Positions 12,656 to 28,240 are shown, numbered from the stretch's first letter. The stretch: DNA of 64,000 bases from Eledone cirrhosa (GCA_964016885.1 OZ024742.1:243288001-243352000), one strand, 5' to 3'. Program-made: numbers and translations. The notes: a model not told the origin generated them from the letters alone.

Positions 12656-13407
12656 CGTCAGTTGTCCGCAAGAAAGTAAAAGTTCTTTGGTTTCTGTAAT
12701 CATTAGTATTAGAATTATTAGTAAATACAGAACAAAATGTTATAACATCATTCAATCCACCTGCTATTTTTGCAGGTCATGCAACCATGTAGAGGATCGT
12801 AGTTGTTGTCGCTGGTGTTCTTATAGTTATTATTGTTATTGTTTTTGTTGATGTTGATGTTGATGTTGCTGTCTAGCCCACAAGTCAACCTTGTTTAAAC
12901 AAGTATATCATCTAAAGTATCTAAGCACCAATATGTATCTTCTTTTTTAAAATTATGAAGTGTGTTTTGAGGAAGATTTGGCAGCTATTTTTTATATATC
13001 GCAAGACACATTGGCTGGCTCACTAGTGGTTGATAATTAATTAGAGTGATAAAATTATCTAGTCTTTCAATCATTCAACATATATTCTGCAAATTCAATC
13101 TATAAGCGGAACAATAAAAATATACAAGATTTTTTAATATGTAACTTTTTATTGTTATTGGTATCTAAGATGTAATGATTAGCACCTTCTTTCTAGGAAG
13201 ATTTCAATGATTCCAAATTCCCGAGCGAACGAAACAAAGGAACATTGAATAATGTAGCCATAGATGTATTATGCCCCCCCCCCCCCCCCCCCCAAAAAAA
13301 AACATGGGATAGATTCACTTAACTTTCGTTCTATAAGGATTTTATAAATGAGTAAGAATATCTGATTCTGGTTTTCAGTGTAAAAGTAGCGTGGGTTTTA
13401 TATAGTA

Positions 13408-13909
13408 CTAGCTGAATTACCCGCCTCTTGTTGCGTTTCACACATTTTTTTTCTTTTGTAAGAAAATGATGATTGATTTTAAATCAGTGATATAATTTAT
13501 GGAGAAAAACTCTACATTTCAATATTACTCTGTAAAATTTAATGCATGAAAAATTGGAAAACATTATTTTTTGTAATATATCAAATCAAAATTACATTAT
13601 TCTTATTTTGTTTCTTGTAAATAATTTTTTTCAAAATATCAATTCAAAACTTTTGTGAATAGGCATCATATCTTGTCATTTACCTATGGCTTAAATTTCA
13701 TATAAATCGAAGGAAAAAAAATTTCAGCGGGGTTTTGTGCCCCCGAGGAACCCTTTCATTAAAATGAAATATACTTATCCAAGTACCCTGGGCAATGTAG
13801 TTTCAGAATATATATGGTTATGGGGTCTATCTTCAAAACCTTAGGAGGAGTTCGTGAACAAACAAACAAACAAACAAACAAACAGAAACTACAACTTTAT
13901 ATATATAGA
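13408..13909 (-). mobile_element. Non-autonomous Helitron
   Basis: On the minus strand: A|TCTATATATATAAAG plus (TTTG)n at the 5' end and CTAG|T at the 3' end; subterminal hairpin is degenerate. Confidence 0.7.
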
Positions 13910-14619
13910 TATAAAAAGTATATATATAGTTGAATACATTTTGAGGTACTATATTCTATCTTTATATAAGTCTGAACATGTTTATGTAAAACCGAATGAG
14001 CTCACATGGGACGTTATATGTTTTTGTAAGTGGATGTATGGAAGCATCTTAGTGGATAGTATGTGTATTCGTAAGATAGCTTGTATCATTGAATATGAAA
14101 GTGAATATGTGTGTATATATATATGTGTGTATATATATATGTGTGTAAGTTGGCAAAAATAAATTGTACCTGTAATTCCATGGGCCAGCCTTATCACGCT
14201 GAATCTCCCTGGGAACTACGTTAAAGGTTAATGTCGAAGTGGGATGCTCAGCCACATGCAGATTAATTTGACGAGAATTATGTTCTCTTGTTCGAACAAC
14301 TGAAACATTCCTTGTCTAAACCGACGAAGGTCTAACAACAATAACATATACATGTGTATTTATATATATACTTTTAACGATATCTTATAAACTCGTATAA
14401 GCGTCTGGGGAAAGGTCCCTAATTTGATGCCTCTTTTATTTTGGAGGTGTGGTTAAATTTGGGCTTGAAGCTTTGGGTAACGCTTTTGTTCCGTGTATGA
14501 ACAGAAATAAATAACGTGAAAGTCCAGAAAAACAAGATTCACTATTTAGCCTTAATAAAGAGAATATCGAAACTCTACTTCAGTATTGAGTACTCTTTTC
14601 TCTCGGCCGTCAACTACAT

Positions 14620-14674
<55 letters not shown>

Positions 14675-15630
14675 GATATGCATACACACACACACATGCA
14701 CACATTCACGCACACTTAAACGTACATACACACATACAAGCATACATACATACATACATACATACATACATACATACATACATACATACATACATACATA
14801 CATACATACATACATACATACATGTATGTATGAATATACACATTGATATACATTCATATATATAAATAAATAAAAATGTATGTATGTATATATGTGTGTA
14901 TATATCTCTTTATGTATAAATGTGCACATAAACACATACAATACAAAACAAGGTTGCGTGTATGGCAGTACATATGTAGCCATGTGAGGAAAACATGGTG
15001 TTTTGTCCTGAATGTTATACCACCAGTTAATCAGTGACCCTTGTTATGATTGCTGTTGTATCAACACTAAACTCATTGATCCGAATTTGAAAGTAACGTA
15101 GAATCATAGGTTTGAAGTGAGATGAATGCAGGTGAGAAGGAAATTCCGTTCCAGAAGAATTCCGTTCATAGTTATGTCATTATGGTGGAAATATAGGCTC
15201 CTTGGCGTCTAAACATACATTGTAAGGCAGTTCTGTTGGATACGTACGTGTGCAAGATATGTGACTGTCTGGTTAAAATGTAAGAAGAAATTCCAGTAAG
15301 AAAAAATATTCATATTGTTACTATTAAGTAAAGAAAAGTGAATGTCAGAACGAGGATATAATTTAGTGGTGCGAAAAGCAATATATCTGGTTATATGGGC
15401 AAGGAGTTAATTTTAACTCTATGTTTACTGCAAAGCTATAAGTGTATCGTTTTCTTAAACGGCACATAAGATATTGGATACTATCAAACTACACCTCTGA
15501 GGCAACTGTTATTATCATCATCACCATCATCATCATCATCACTATTATGTTTTTCTTCTCTTTACTAAGCATTTCGTTGTTCTTCTGTTGGTATTTGGAT
15601 AGCTAGATGTCGAGCTGTCTTTTGCAGCCT

Positions 15631-15780
15631 TAGATATCTAGCACTTTTTGTATGGTTCTTGCTGTGCCAAGCAAATACGCCTTCTGTAGAGTCAGTAAAT
15701 TTATTTCTACATCCAATATCTTCAGTCAATCGTTCAAACTTCTAGCCACTGTCCCTAGTCTGAATACTTACAACCACTAA
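15631..15780 (-). pseudogene. Degenerate R4/Dong-like LINE C-terminus
   Basis: Minus strand reads LGTVARSLND*LKILDVEINLLTLQKAYLLGTARTIQKVLDI*, homologous to 58029-58334. Confidence 0.75.
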
Positions 15781-16182
15781 ACACATCCAAGGGTCAACTA
15801 CTAGTGCTAAACAGAGCAACGGATTAAATCCGCCACGTAAGAACAAGAACGATCCTCCTACAGGCTTCTACGAAGTTTCCTTCTACCGAATTCCTCTCAC
15901 AGGCTTTTAGTAGACACAGGCTTGGATAGAAGACATTTGCCGAAGATGTCGTACAATAGGATTGAACCCAAAACTTATAGTTCTTTAACCCAACCTCAAC
16001 CCTGGTCGACAAGAACTATGAATAGATTAAAGCCGTGTTTTCAGACACATGATTCAGACACATGATTCTACTTAAGTAGATGCGTTGTATTGTAACTTGG
16101 AATTGACAGATACCGTGTTACTGGGGAATTTTGTAGACGGAAAGTGTGCAGAAGACCATCGTCTCTCTCTCTCTCTCTCTCC

Positions 16183-16665
<483 letters not shown>

Positions 16666-17185
16666 ACATAAATGTTTACCACTGTAATAAGCGGAGTTGT
16701 CTCAACATGGTAACTTTGGCTAAGATGGGTAGGACTGGAACTCTTTTAATCACAAATAAAAACTCCCTCTGCGTATTTTGACAATCTGTTTATATATCAA
16801 ATATAACTATATAGATGTTGTTGTTATTCTTCTTCTTATTATTATTATTATTATTCACACACGTATTCTTGGGAGGGTCGTCATGGCAGAGTCCTCAAGA
16901 TCTTGTCAGAAGCAACTGTCTCCAAACTGTGAAATCTTGCATACAAGATTTCACAGCTCTCGCATCACTCCTTTATAGTCAGCCTATGACCTTTTCAACC
17001 AACCCTCGTAACACGAAGGAAAATGTATAATGCTGTTTAATGTAATTTGTTTTTTATTCAGATTGTATGTAAAATTCATTGAAAATATTTGATATATAGA
17101 TATGTAATCGTTATAAAGAGATACTGCTTTGTATTGGACAAGTTCTTTTCTAAGTGCTATGAAGGCAGAAAGAATGCGATTGTAC

Positions 17186-17317
<132 letters not shown>

Positions 17318-17469
17318 TTTGAGTATATGTTGGTTGTATACCAACACCTCAGTATGCAGGCTGGAGCACTCGAGAAATAACAACCTAACCAGGAACTGGA
17401 CATATCAGAGTATTGACAAAATTATACACCTCAACAACATATGTACTTGTCTATACCACACTAATTCGG

Positions 17470-17524
17470 ACTGCCTGAAGAGGTCACAGCCAAAGATGGC
17501 TGTCACTGAAATATATATAGCAGT
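17470..17524 (+). ncRNA. Type I minimal hammerhead ribozyme motif, family F
   Basis: ACTGC-CTGAAGA-GGTCACAGCCA-AAGA-TGGCTGTCACT-GAAA-TATATATA-GCAGT, immediately followed by AATAAA. Helices I and II pair; loop III is palindromic. Confidence 0.75.
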
Positions 17525-17636
17525 AATAAACGAAGCTAAATTTTAAACATTTGTCTTTTTATTTAACTTTATTTTATATATATATATATGTATATGTGTG
17601 TCTGTGCGTATATATGTGCATGTGCGTCTATATGTT

Positions 17637-17693
<57 letters not shown>

Positions 17694-17990
17694 CTGTGTG
17701 TGTATGCATGTGCGTCTATATATTTGCATATGTATATGTGTGTGTCTGTGTGTGTATGTGTCTGTGTGTGTATGCATGTACGTTTATATGTTTGCATATA
17801 TATGTGGGTGGGTGTGTGTGTATGTGCCTGTGTGTGTATGCATATGCGTCTATATGTTTACATATATATGTGTGTGTGTGTGTATATATGTGTCTGTGTG
17901 TGTATGCATGTGCGTCTATATATTTACATATAAATATGTGTGCGTGTGTGTTGTGTGTGCGTGTGCGCGTGTGTGTGTGTGTGTGTGTGC

Positions 17991-18126
<136 letters not shown>

Positions 18127-19018
18127 CTGTGTTGACGATAACATTTTCATAAGACGTGTGTAAAAACATGTCCGACACTAATTTGATTGCCAGTTATTCT
18201 CTACAAATTACTAGTTTATTCCGTACAGAGTGTAAAAGAAGAAATAGGCAGAGGTTTCTGAAATGGTTATAAGATGGTTTGTTGTTATTAAGATTATAAT
18301 TTTCAAGATCTTTCAAGTGTATATTTAGAACATTTAATTTTACTTGTGATCTACGTTGTGATCGGTGCAGATCGTTATACACGATACCAAATTGGATTAG
18401 AACTGGAAACCTGTATTTCTAAACTAAAGTTAGTAATAATTTCTTAAACTAAAGTGTAATAATTGTTTCTATATTTGTCACAAGGCCAGCAATTTGGAAG
18501 ACTAAGCTAATCTCGGCGGGATTTGAACTCAGAGCCGTAACTCGATGCTATTAATTGTTTCTACTTTAGGCACAAGGCCAGCAATTTGAGGGAGCGTAAA
18601 GTCGATTAAATTGACCCCAGTGCACTACTGATGCTTTATTTTTCGATCCCGTAAGAATGAAAGGCAAAGCTAACCTCAGCGAGATTTAAATTCAGAACAT
18701 AATGGGCTGCAAAGTATGGAATCCGGCACGTGCAGAATTACGACAACTGGAGATCAAATTAATTGAAATGTAGTGTATGTATATATATATATGTGCGTGT
18801 GTGTGTGGGGGGGGGGGGGGGGTGTTGGAAGTTCGTTTAGAAACGATGAACGAAATTTGAAATTTATAAGAAAGTTAGGAGCTTCTTCGAAATTTTTTAC
18901 AATAGAAAAATAGTCTAAATAGTAGGGTATATATAAACCTGCTTCAGGGAAAAAATTGACATTTTTTGTCCATTAAAGTGTGCCCTAATAATTATGTGCC
19001 CTATTATGTGCCCTATTA

Positions 19019-19332
19019 TCTATATATCTAAAACAGAGAATGTATTTCTGTCTGTTCGCTCACTAAAACTCGAGAACCACCCAACCGATTGTTTTCAAAT
19101 TTTACAAACTTTACACATGTGAGTGTTTTGAGAAAGAGCTATTTCGAATTTTCAATGTCCAAGGGACCGCATTAACGATCTAACGATCTCTCTCTATAAT
19201 TCTTAGTCTTTCTTTTTAGATAGATACATAGATATAACGTTGCGCCCTTATAATATCTGTCTGTATGTCTGGCTGCCTGCATTACAACATTATGACGTCG
19301 CTATATGTATGTGTGTGTATGTATATATAGTG

Positions 19333-19385
<53 letters not shown>

Positions 19386-19684
19386 TGTGTGTGTGTAACG
19401 TTTCTCGAAATATTTACTTCTGCGTTCACAGATTGATTTTTTAGTTTCAGAAGATCCCGTTAAGGGTGAAAGCAGCGATTCTTTGCTTAAACTTGAATCT
19501 GTTATTTTAATATATATATATATATATATATATAATTATATATTCGTGTACAGATATTTTTGCATACACAATAACAAAATATAGACAAACGTATTTATTT
19601 CACGAGGCTCGATAAGAATAAATATATATCAAATATATAAGAACCCTAGAGCAAATCCCGAGCAACGCCGGGCCATTCTGCTAG
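19019..19684 (+). mobile_element. Non-autonomous Helitron
   Basis: A|TCTATATATCTAAAA 5' end, hairpin CCCGAGCAACGCCGGG at 19657-19672, CTAG|T at 19681-19685. Contains family C pieces. Confidence 0.75.
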
Positions 19685-20216
19685 TTTTTACTATTTTGCT
19701 CCAGTCCACTCAACTGAAAAAAAAACCAATTACTTGCAACAAAACTGATTCCAATCCTTTGTATTTCTCTTGGGCAACACCGAGTCGTAAAGAGAGGAGA
19801 CTGGTATGCAAGGATGACTGCTGGTGGTCCAAAAAACGTCCTGCCCAAGCTTATGCCTCGGAGAGGCAAAGTCATAGTGAGTCAGTCATGAGTGTACAAC
19901 CCATGGTCAAATATGGTTCTGATTTTATGTTAAATCATATCTCTGAATATTACAATCCACCCATTGCGCAGTTGGTTTTATTATTGTTGATATGAGTCTG
20001 TATTAATTGTTAGTTCTTACTTCAGAAAGTTATATAATCGATCGAGGAAATAAGAAGACTTGGTTCTTATTGTCTTGTTTAAATAAATAATCATCCTGTC
20101 CAGATATTTAATTGTGAATTATGAAAGATTGTCTACCGATATCAGTCAGCTTCAGAAAAAACATTTGTACAAGTTATAAGTCAGCAGTCGATATTGAAAA
20201 GAGCAAGAAAATAGAC

Positions 20217-20323
<107 letters not shown>

Positions 20324-20394
20324 TACATACATACATACATACATACATACATACATACATACATACATACATACATACATACATACATACATTC

Positions 20395-20925
20395 ATGGTG
20401 GCTGCAAACTCTGCTAAGAGTATTGCAATCGCTTGTCAGATTATAGAAAGTAATGCACTTCTAGGCTACGGCCAGCCACACGAACCTGTAACAGATCCTG
20501 AACAAGCAATGCCTGTGCTTTGAATGTTTTTTAAGTGGGGAAAGGCCTTGCACTCGACCAATCCCACTCTCTGAGCATCGAAAACACTACCCGAAAAAAA
20601 CACTACCCGAAAAGGAGAACTGGTCAACATCATCGGATGCTTCCGAAGCCGCAGGTTTTCTTTTTCAGAGGTTCCCTCTCCTAGAAAGGTGTTGTGACAG
20701 CAACTGGGGCCTTTCACTCCCAGGTGAAAAAAAAAAAGTACTATTTGGATGGCTGTTGACTCTGCTGAGTTCCTCCGCCCTTTGCCAGGTCTTGTATTTC
20801 ATCCCGCAGGGTGTCCAAATATCACCCTCCTCACCAAGCTAGCTTGGTGGGGTTGCCGGTTTAGTCGCCAAAGACCCGACCATGAGACGGGTTGTACTGG
20901 GTTACATGTTACTCGCAGCACTCGA
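20395..20925 (-). mobile_element. RTE-derived SINE, diverged subfamily
   Basis: Reverse-complement homology to the 7696-7960 5' half; flanked by (CATA)n. Confidence 0.7.
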
Positions 20926-21315
20926 GAGAAACATACATACATACATACATACATACATACATACATACATACATACATACATACATACATACATACATAC
21001 ATACTAGTGTTGCATCGATCAACCATCAGATAATTGGTATTGGTATTGGTTAATCAGCCATTTTGCTGATTAATCGGCCATTATTGTTTTAAAAAAACAT
21101 ATTGGATTCGACGCGTAGAAATCTATTTCTCGTTCTATCTTCTGACGAAGGACTAACGTCCAAAACGTTAAGTCTCTTTTCATACTATATTAAACTAATA
21201 AATATATTCATTGTATTGTATCGTACCCCTATTTTTGTATTCGTTTACGTTTCACATACACACACGCATACGCACGCGTGTGCGCACACTCACACACATA
21301 CATATATATATACGA

Positions 21316-21377
<62 letters not shown>

Positions 21378-21834
21378 AGAGAGTAGGATTAGGAGAGAAG
21401 ATGATTAGATAGATAGATATAAACAATGTGTACTGTTAAGAGAAGCAATAGTGATTTTGCTGTTATTCTAATGCTATTGTTATTTTCAGTTAAAAAGACA
21501 TTCTTTTCACTCAGTCTTTATCCCAAGTCTAAACATGGAGACCTTGAGATCAGCTCATTTGCAAGAAAAAGAAATAAAAGAAGAGAAAACTCCTAATTAT
21601 CCTAGAAACATTGTAGCATAGGGAAATAAATTGATCGCTTTCAACACTCCTTGAATCAACAAAGGGTGGACTCTTGTTACAAACGAAACAGCTTTCTATT
21701 CGTCAATATTACACAACTGGTTTCGTATTCTCTTGTATGTATTTACAAGCAGGAAGAGAAAGAATAAAATATGAGAGGAAGAAAAAAATATATATATAAG
21801 CAAAAAGAAAAGGAAGTGGGAAAAAGACAGACTC

Positions 21835-22030
21835 GACGCTCGATATTAAAAGCATTGTTGAGGAGAATAGCCAACGATACCCACTGTATCAGCCATTCCA
21901 CCTCACGTGGCTCATTCCTCAGCCGCGATACCCTCGTCCCGTTTGGCGGGTGAAATGGCAGTCCATAGACTGAGAACACCAGAGGTCTCGATGGAAACTG
22001 GCACAAAACTCAGTCAGTCAATGCCCGGTA
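21835..22030 (-). mobile_element. CRE-like LINE 3' fragment
   Basis: FVPVSIETSGVL, then a frameshift to RNEPREVEWLIQWVSLAILLNNAF. Confidence 0.7.
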
Positions 22031-22297
22031 CAAGTTCTTTGTCATTCTCTCTACCATAGTTTCCTCTCTCTTCTCGTCTCTTCTCTCTCTCTTTCTCTTA
22101 ACTCTCTCACACTCTCTCTCTTTGTTTTCTTGTATATCTCTCCCTCAAACAGAGATGTACATTTTTCAACGAGTTATGTATTCGTTTCCCACTTTACATT
22201 AATTACTGTTTCATCATATTTGTGCTTTCTATTCTCATTTATCTAAGACTTGAGAATTACTTGTGTCACATGACGTGTAATTTGACATTGTGGATAA

Positions 22298-22480
22298 TAA
22301 TTGTTTCTACTTTTGGCACAAGGCCAGCAATTATCCCAGTGCATTACTGGTACTTTATTTTATCGACCCCGTAAGGATGAAAGGCAAAGTTAACCTCGGC
22401 GGGATTTGAACTCAGACCGTAAAGGGCCGTAACTCTGTGCTTGCAAAGCATGGCGTCCAACCCTCTACCGATACTGCCAA
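22298..22480 (-). mobile_element. tRNA-derived SINE, dominant family
   Basis: Near full-length copy of the consensus. Confidence 0.85.
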
Positions 22481-22647
22481 TATGTCTATGTATGTGTTTG
22501 TTTGTACTCCCAACGTCGACGCCAAGCGGTTTTAGCTGCAACCGTTTGGCGTCGCGGTCGGGATTTTACATCTGTATCTCCCCATGCATTGAGTGCTCCT
22601 GTAATTAGTAGTCTCCTCGGTCTCAGCACCACAGACTCTCGCTCTCT

Positions 22648-22753
<106 letters not shown>

Positions 22754-22877
22754 TATCAGTCTAGAACTAGCTGTTGAAGCAGCAAGAACTCAGCTATCGG
22801 GTCCCGACCTCTTTATAATATGTGTGCATGTGTGCGTGTGCGCGTGTGTATGCGTGTGTGTGTGTATGCAAAAGGCA

Positions 22878-22920
<43 letters not shown>

Positions 22921-23340
22921 TGCACAACCAAAAGATAAGATCAAGATAAATAATGAATGCGTAAGCATGTAATAATATGCATTCATTCTTCAAAAATATT
23001 CATATAACGAAACCTCAATTCTCATTAACTAGTTTTTTCTAATATTCTTACACAGTCATTCTGGCGCCAGTTCAAAACATTTCGTGAACGATGAACTAAT
23101 TAATCCCCTGCATTTTTTAAACGTACTTTAAGAATCCCACCTTTCTTAGTAAAATAAATTGATTATTTCATTTAACCTTGAAGCATATTCCATTTAAAAT
23201 TGAAACCCACAGTATTTTTTTATTTTTAACATAGATGGAGACAAGTTGATGTAGCAATTCACTTCTTTAGGTTAGTATAATAATGATTATTTCTGCAACG
23301 TGTCATAGATTTTTCTGACACTGTTAGGTGCAAACAAATA

Positions 23341-23419
23341 TAGGGTGTCCTCCAAAAATGTGTACATACTTCAATAGCATTCTAATAAAAGTATGTATAT
23401 ATTTTGGGGGGACACTCTG
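23341..23419. mobile_element. Tiny Tc1/mariner-type MITE
   Basis: TA|(T)AGGGTGTCC...GGACACTCTG|TA with imperfect ~30 bp TIRs. A related end lies at 34174. Confidence 0.6.
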
Positions 23420-23997
23420 TATATAGGCTCTGATTTTAGGAACCCAGAAACTATATAATATAAATTGAATATTAATTAATTATCCATTATATACTATTTG
23501 GTGCCTTATTATAAATTAAACCGATTTCTTAAAGGCTCTCATATCTTCCGCTTGTAAAAGTCATGATTGTCTTCCTATATTCTTATCAATATACTTGTAT
23601 AAAGATCTGTTTGTGAAACTATTGAGAACATTTGATCAAGACAATCACTAATAATAATCCTTAAGAATCAATATTGATTACTAAGGCAGACGTCTATGTA
23701 AAAAATTCTTTAATACAATGAAATTAGACTAACGTTTAACTCCTCGTAAAACAAAATCCAACATATTTGTAATCAATTGTAGTTAAACTGCAGAATTTTG
23801 GTTCGTATTTTTAACTTTTCTGATTTATAAATCTAGTACAAAAAAAAAACCATTTGGCAATAATTGCTACCAATTAAGGTATATAAATATATTCGAGATA
23901 AAAAGAAGTTAAACGTATAAGTTTGTGAATCGATAAATAAATATATATATACAGAAGTAAGCTTTATTTCTTCTTTATGTTTTTCTGTTCAACTTCT

Positions 23998-24059
23998 AGC
24001 TGTCTGATGAAGTCATAACTGTTGCATAACGGTTATCACCGAAATATATATAAATCAGC
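23998..24059 (+). ncRNA. Hammerhead-like motif, family F variant
   Basis: GCTGT-CTGATGA-AGTC-ATAACTGTT-GCAT-AACGGTTAT-CACC-GAAA-TATATATA..CAGC, then AATAAA. Helix II differs in sequence from 17470 but still pairs. Confidence 0.6.
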
Positions 24060-25224
24060 GATTATGAATAAACTTGTACTACATGGTTATAAATAGACTC
24101 CGGAGGAAACAGACCCACTTTTGTAATTAGTTGAGTGCATTCGTTCGGTTACATTTCAAAATCGAGATTAAACAAATAACATTTCCAAAACTTCGCATAA
24201 AGTTTCTCTTTATTTAGGTTTGAATAACGTAGAACATTAATATAGAACTAGAAATGAAACTTGTCAAGTGGTGACAAATTCTCACAAAGATTCCAACGGT
24301 CAACTATACATGGATATGAGATAGGCACCATCAGGTTCTCTCCTGTGCACCCTCATCCTCCTTTGGATATAGATAGGGCGGAGGTGAATTGATGAGAATT
24401 TGGTAGCCAAAGCATTTTATTTGAAGCATTTAGTAAACATGGGAGTTTGTCTTAGTTGCTAGAAAAGGAATGAAATACTCAATTTAAAAATCTGACATGA
24501 TACAACCGACTGTTTTACTGATGGATACAGGTGCTGTAGTTAATATTATTAGTATATAAAATTCCGGGGGGGGGGGGTGAGACTAACATTAGCACCAGTC
24601 TACTCTAATTTCAATTTCATCTTTAAAAGGGTTGTATATGAATATTATATAGTGAATTTTATGTTGATAATTCTTTCAAAGCAGTATATCTTGACTTCCA
24701 GCTGCATACCTTTCTAGACGAGTTTCGTTCGATATCTTATCTAAATCAAAGAAATATTTAGAGATATGTATACCAAATTAGACTTGCTATAGTGAACCTT
24801 TCCAATATATGTATAATTTTAGTAGGCGAACAAATTAGGACAATATTTTAAAATTCAATACCAACTAAAATATAAAATATTATTTAAGATCCCTCTGACA
24901 TACAGCTTAGTGGAATATATTAGATAAATCCACCGCCTTTTATGGCACGCATGTAAAGAATCCCTCAGACTTCCTCATTACTTTTCACATCATCTAGACA
25001 GCTCGTGAATCTAACCTTTACTCCTTATCTCTATTCCGAAGGAACCTAACAGCTGTTACACTATGATTATCTTCATGCCGGGTTTCTACTCTATAGAAAA
25101 TGATCTTCCATTGCTTAAATATATTTAAAATAGCTGTTGCACAGGACAGAACAAGGTCATATAATTCATGAATGAGGAGCATTATTTTTGACACGAAATG
25201 CATTCATTATATATACTAAATGAA

Positions 25225-25445
25225 GGACGGTGGGTTGGCAGTATCGGTAGAGGGTCGGGCGCCATGCTTTGCAGCATAGAATTACGGCCCTTTATGATCT
25301 GAGTTCAAATCCCGCCGAGGTTAACTTTGCCTTTCATCCTTGCGGGGTCGATAAAATAAAGTACCAGTCACGCACTGGGGTCTATTTAATCGACTTTCCC
25401 CTTCCCCTAAAATTGCTGGCCTTGTGCCTATATAAGAAACCATTA
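25225..25445 (+). mobile_element. tRNA-derived SINE, dominant family
   Basis: Full-length copy. Confidence 0.85.
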
Positions 25446-25703
25446 TATATGCTAAATGAATAATTCAGTTTTGGTTTTCCTTCCTTTTTATCCCATAGGA
25501 ACTAATTATAACACTGAAAATAGGATGTGTATATTTTTTTTATCATTTCAATTTTAACAGGCTGCAATGTTTCATTTAATTTGTTGTTTTATTAAAGTAT
25601 ACCAAATAAATTTATTGCGGTGAGATTGTTCTGGTGAGATTATATAAACTATACGTTGCTACCTGGATATTTTTTAAAATATCTGAGTTATATATATATA
25701 TAC

Positions 25704-25815
<112 letters not shown>

Positions 25816-25819
25816 CAGA

Positions 25820-25852
<33 letters not shown>

Positions 25853-26013
25853 TCCCGGGTTCAATCGGGGGTAACCACAGTAAGTAAGGTACTCAATACA
25901 TTAGTAGGGTATATACAACAAAATTAAATATAGAAATGGCTTCTACAGGACTAGAACTGTTTCATTCAAAGGAAATCATCAGGGCTTTCCTGATTATTTC
26001 CTTTGAATGAAAC
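25853..26013 (-). mobile_element. Fold-back PLE-like element, family A
   Basis: Homologous to 6023-6224. Minus-strand core CTGATGA-TTTCCTTTGAAT-GAAAC-AGTTCTA-GTC at 25949-25982. Confidence 0.65.
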
Positions 26014-26041
26014 ATATACATACATACACACGCACACACAT

Positions 26042-26110
<69 letters not shown>

Positions 26111-26549
26111 GTGGTCTACCCCGCTAATCCGTTAGCAAGTAGTTCAGTTAGATCCAGAGATTGGTTCCATGTTTCGCTGAGTCAATGCCTCATTGTTTCC
26201 GAAGATAACAGTATGATCGAACCCATATATTATGTCTGATCGTATACAGTATACAATCCTCTAACAGCTATAAATGAGTCAATTATATCAATATGACCAA
26301 CCCTCCGAAACGATTGGAAAACAATGAATGTAATAGTCCATAACCTCCCTTATTTTCGTAATTCCTATTAAACAGGTTTCAACATTTGGCTTACAGAAAA
26401 CACGGGAATGAAATCAACTTACAAAAGTAAACTAACGTATGAACAACTCCTTCTTTTCAAGCTTGGTGCCTTGCCAATTGGGTTACGCTGACAATTCTTA
26501 AAGTTACGATGATCGGAACAGTAAATATCGGGTCAATTATATGTACGTC

Positions 26550-26749
<200 letters not shown>

Positions 26750-27294
26750 AATAAAGATTCTGCGAGAATCGCATTTCGGCGGGCAGAAAGAGCGAAGCGA
26801 AATGCAAAAGTCAGAAATGATACTGCAAAGTAGTCAATAGTTAAAAACCTGAGCTAAACAATGTGTTAAGAAGCCATACAAAGCTGAAAAGGTGGTCAAG
26901 AAAGCATTAACCACCCAAGCCAAAAAACCAAATCAAGCTAAACAGGTCAAAACAAAACGTGTGTCTATGTGTGTGCACGCGCGTTTATGTGTGTGTTTGT
27001 GAGTGGAACCAATACTTAATATAGGAATGTTATAGCTTCATGGAAACATCTCACCGTTTCGTTAAGTGTCTGTAAGTAGGCACAATGTGTGAAAGCAACA
27101 ACTATTTAGATTTAGAGACACGCACGAAAAATAATATATGTATATATATATATTATTTTTCGTGCGTGTCTCTATATATAAATATATATATATATTCCTA
27201 ACGATCGACTTTCGTCAAATCGGACCGAGGAAACAATGTTTCCGTTGGTCTTTCCAATTGCTAATACTATCTATCGGTCGCAACTCCAGGTAGA

Positions 27295-27412
27295 AGGAGC
27301 AACGTGAAATAAAGTGTCTTGCTCAAGGACATAACGCATCGCCTGGTCCAGGAATCGAACTCACGACCTCACGATTGCGAATCCAGTTCTCTAACCACTC
27401 AGCCACACGCCT

Positions 27413-27413
<1 letters not shown>
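27295..27413 (-). mobile_element. tRNA-derived SINE head (different family)
   Basis: Minus strand GGCGTGTGGCTGAGTGGTTAG (A-box) ... GAGTTCGATTCC (B-box) ... TGTCCTTGAGCAAGACACT. Confidence 0.7.
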
Positions 27414-27489
<76 letters not shown>

Positions 27490-27789
27490 GAGGGGGGGAC
27501 AGTTATAGACATACTTAATTAGAGAAAAAAGAAAAAAAGAAAAAGACGCTCACATATTCAGACAACACCCCCCCCCTCCTTCCTTCCTTGTAAACTTCAC
27601 AGTATTCTTTCAGTTGCACTTGCAGACTATGTACCATTTGTGGCAGCCAAACACTGCCTCTGATGTTATCACCAATGTCTACTTCCACACGCCTTCATCT
27701 AAAGTACTGGCTGGCCATATTTCTTCATATTCTACTTTATCGCTATTTCTTCGAAATTGGAGAATTGTGAGATGGTATGTGAGCTGCTC

Positions 27790-28240
27790 TTTCTTCCTTC
27801 TTCTGCTTCTTCTTCTTCTTCTTCTTCTTCTTCTTCTTCTTCTTCGTCGTCGTCGTCGTCGTCTTCTTCTGCTTCTTCTTCTTCTTCTTCTTCTTCTTCT
27901 TCTTCTTCTTCTTCTTCTTCTTCGTCGTCGTCGTCGTCGTCGTCTTCTTCTTCTTCTTCTTCTTCTTCTTCTTCTTCTTCTTCTTCTTCTTCTTCTTCTT
28001 CTTCTTCGTCGTCGTCGTCGTCGTCGTCGTCGTCTTCTTCTTCTTCTCAATATCATTATCATCATCATCATCATCATCACCATCATCATCATCTACCACA
28101 ACTGATATCATCATCATCATCATCATCATCTACCACAACTGATATCATCATCTTTATCATCACCATCATCATCCTCACCATCATCATCATCCTCGGCATC
28201 ATCATCAGCAGCAGCAGTAGCAACAACAGCAGCAGCAGTT
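27790..28240. repeat. (TTC)n/(GTC)n then (ATC)n microsatellites
   Basis: Direct inspection. Confidence 0.95.

Noticed and set aside
21490-21621. Possible terminal exon after tattttcAG
   Set aside because: No recognisable protein similarity or partner exons.
26755-26960. Lys/Ala-rich stretch reminiscent of a histone H1 tail (VKKPYKAEKVVKKA...AKKP)
   Set aside because: Interrupted by stops, no recognisable globular domain; may be compositional similarity.
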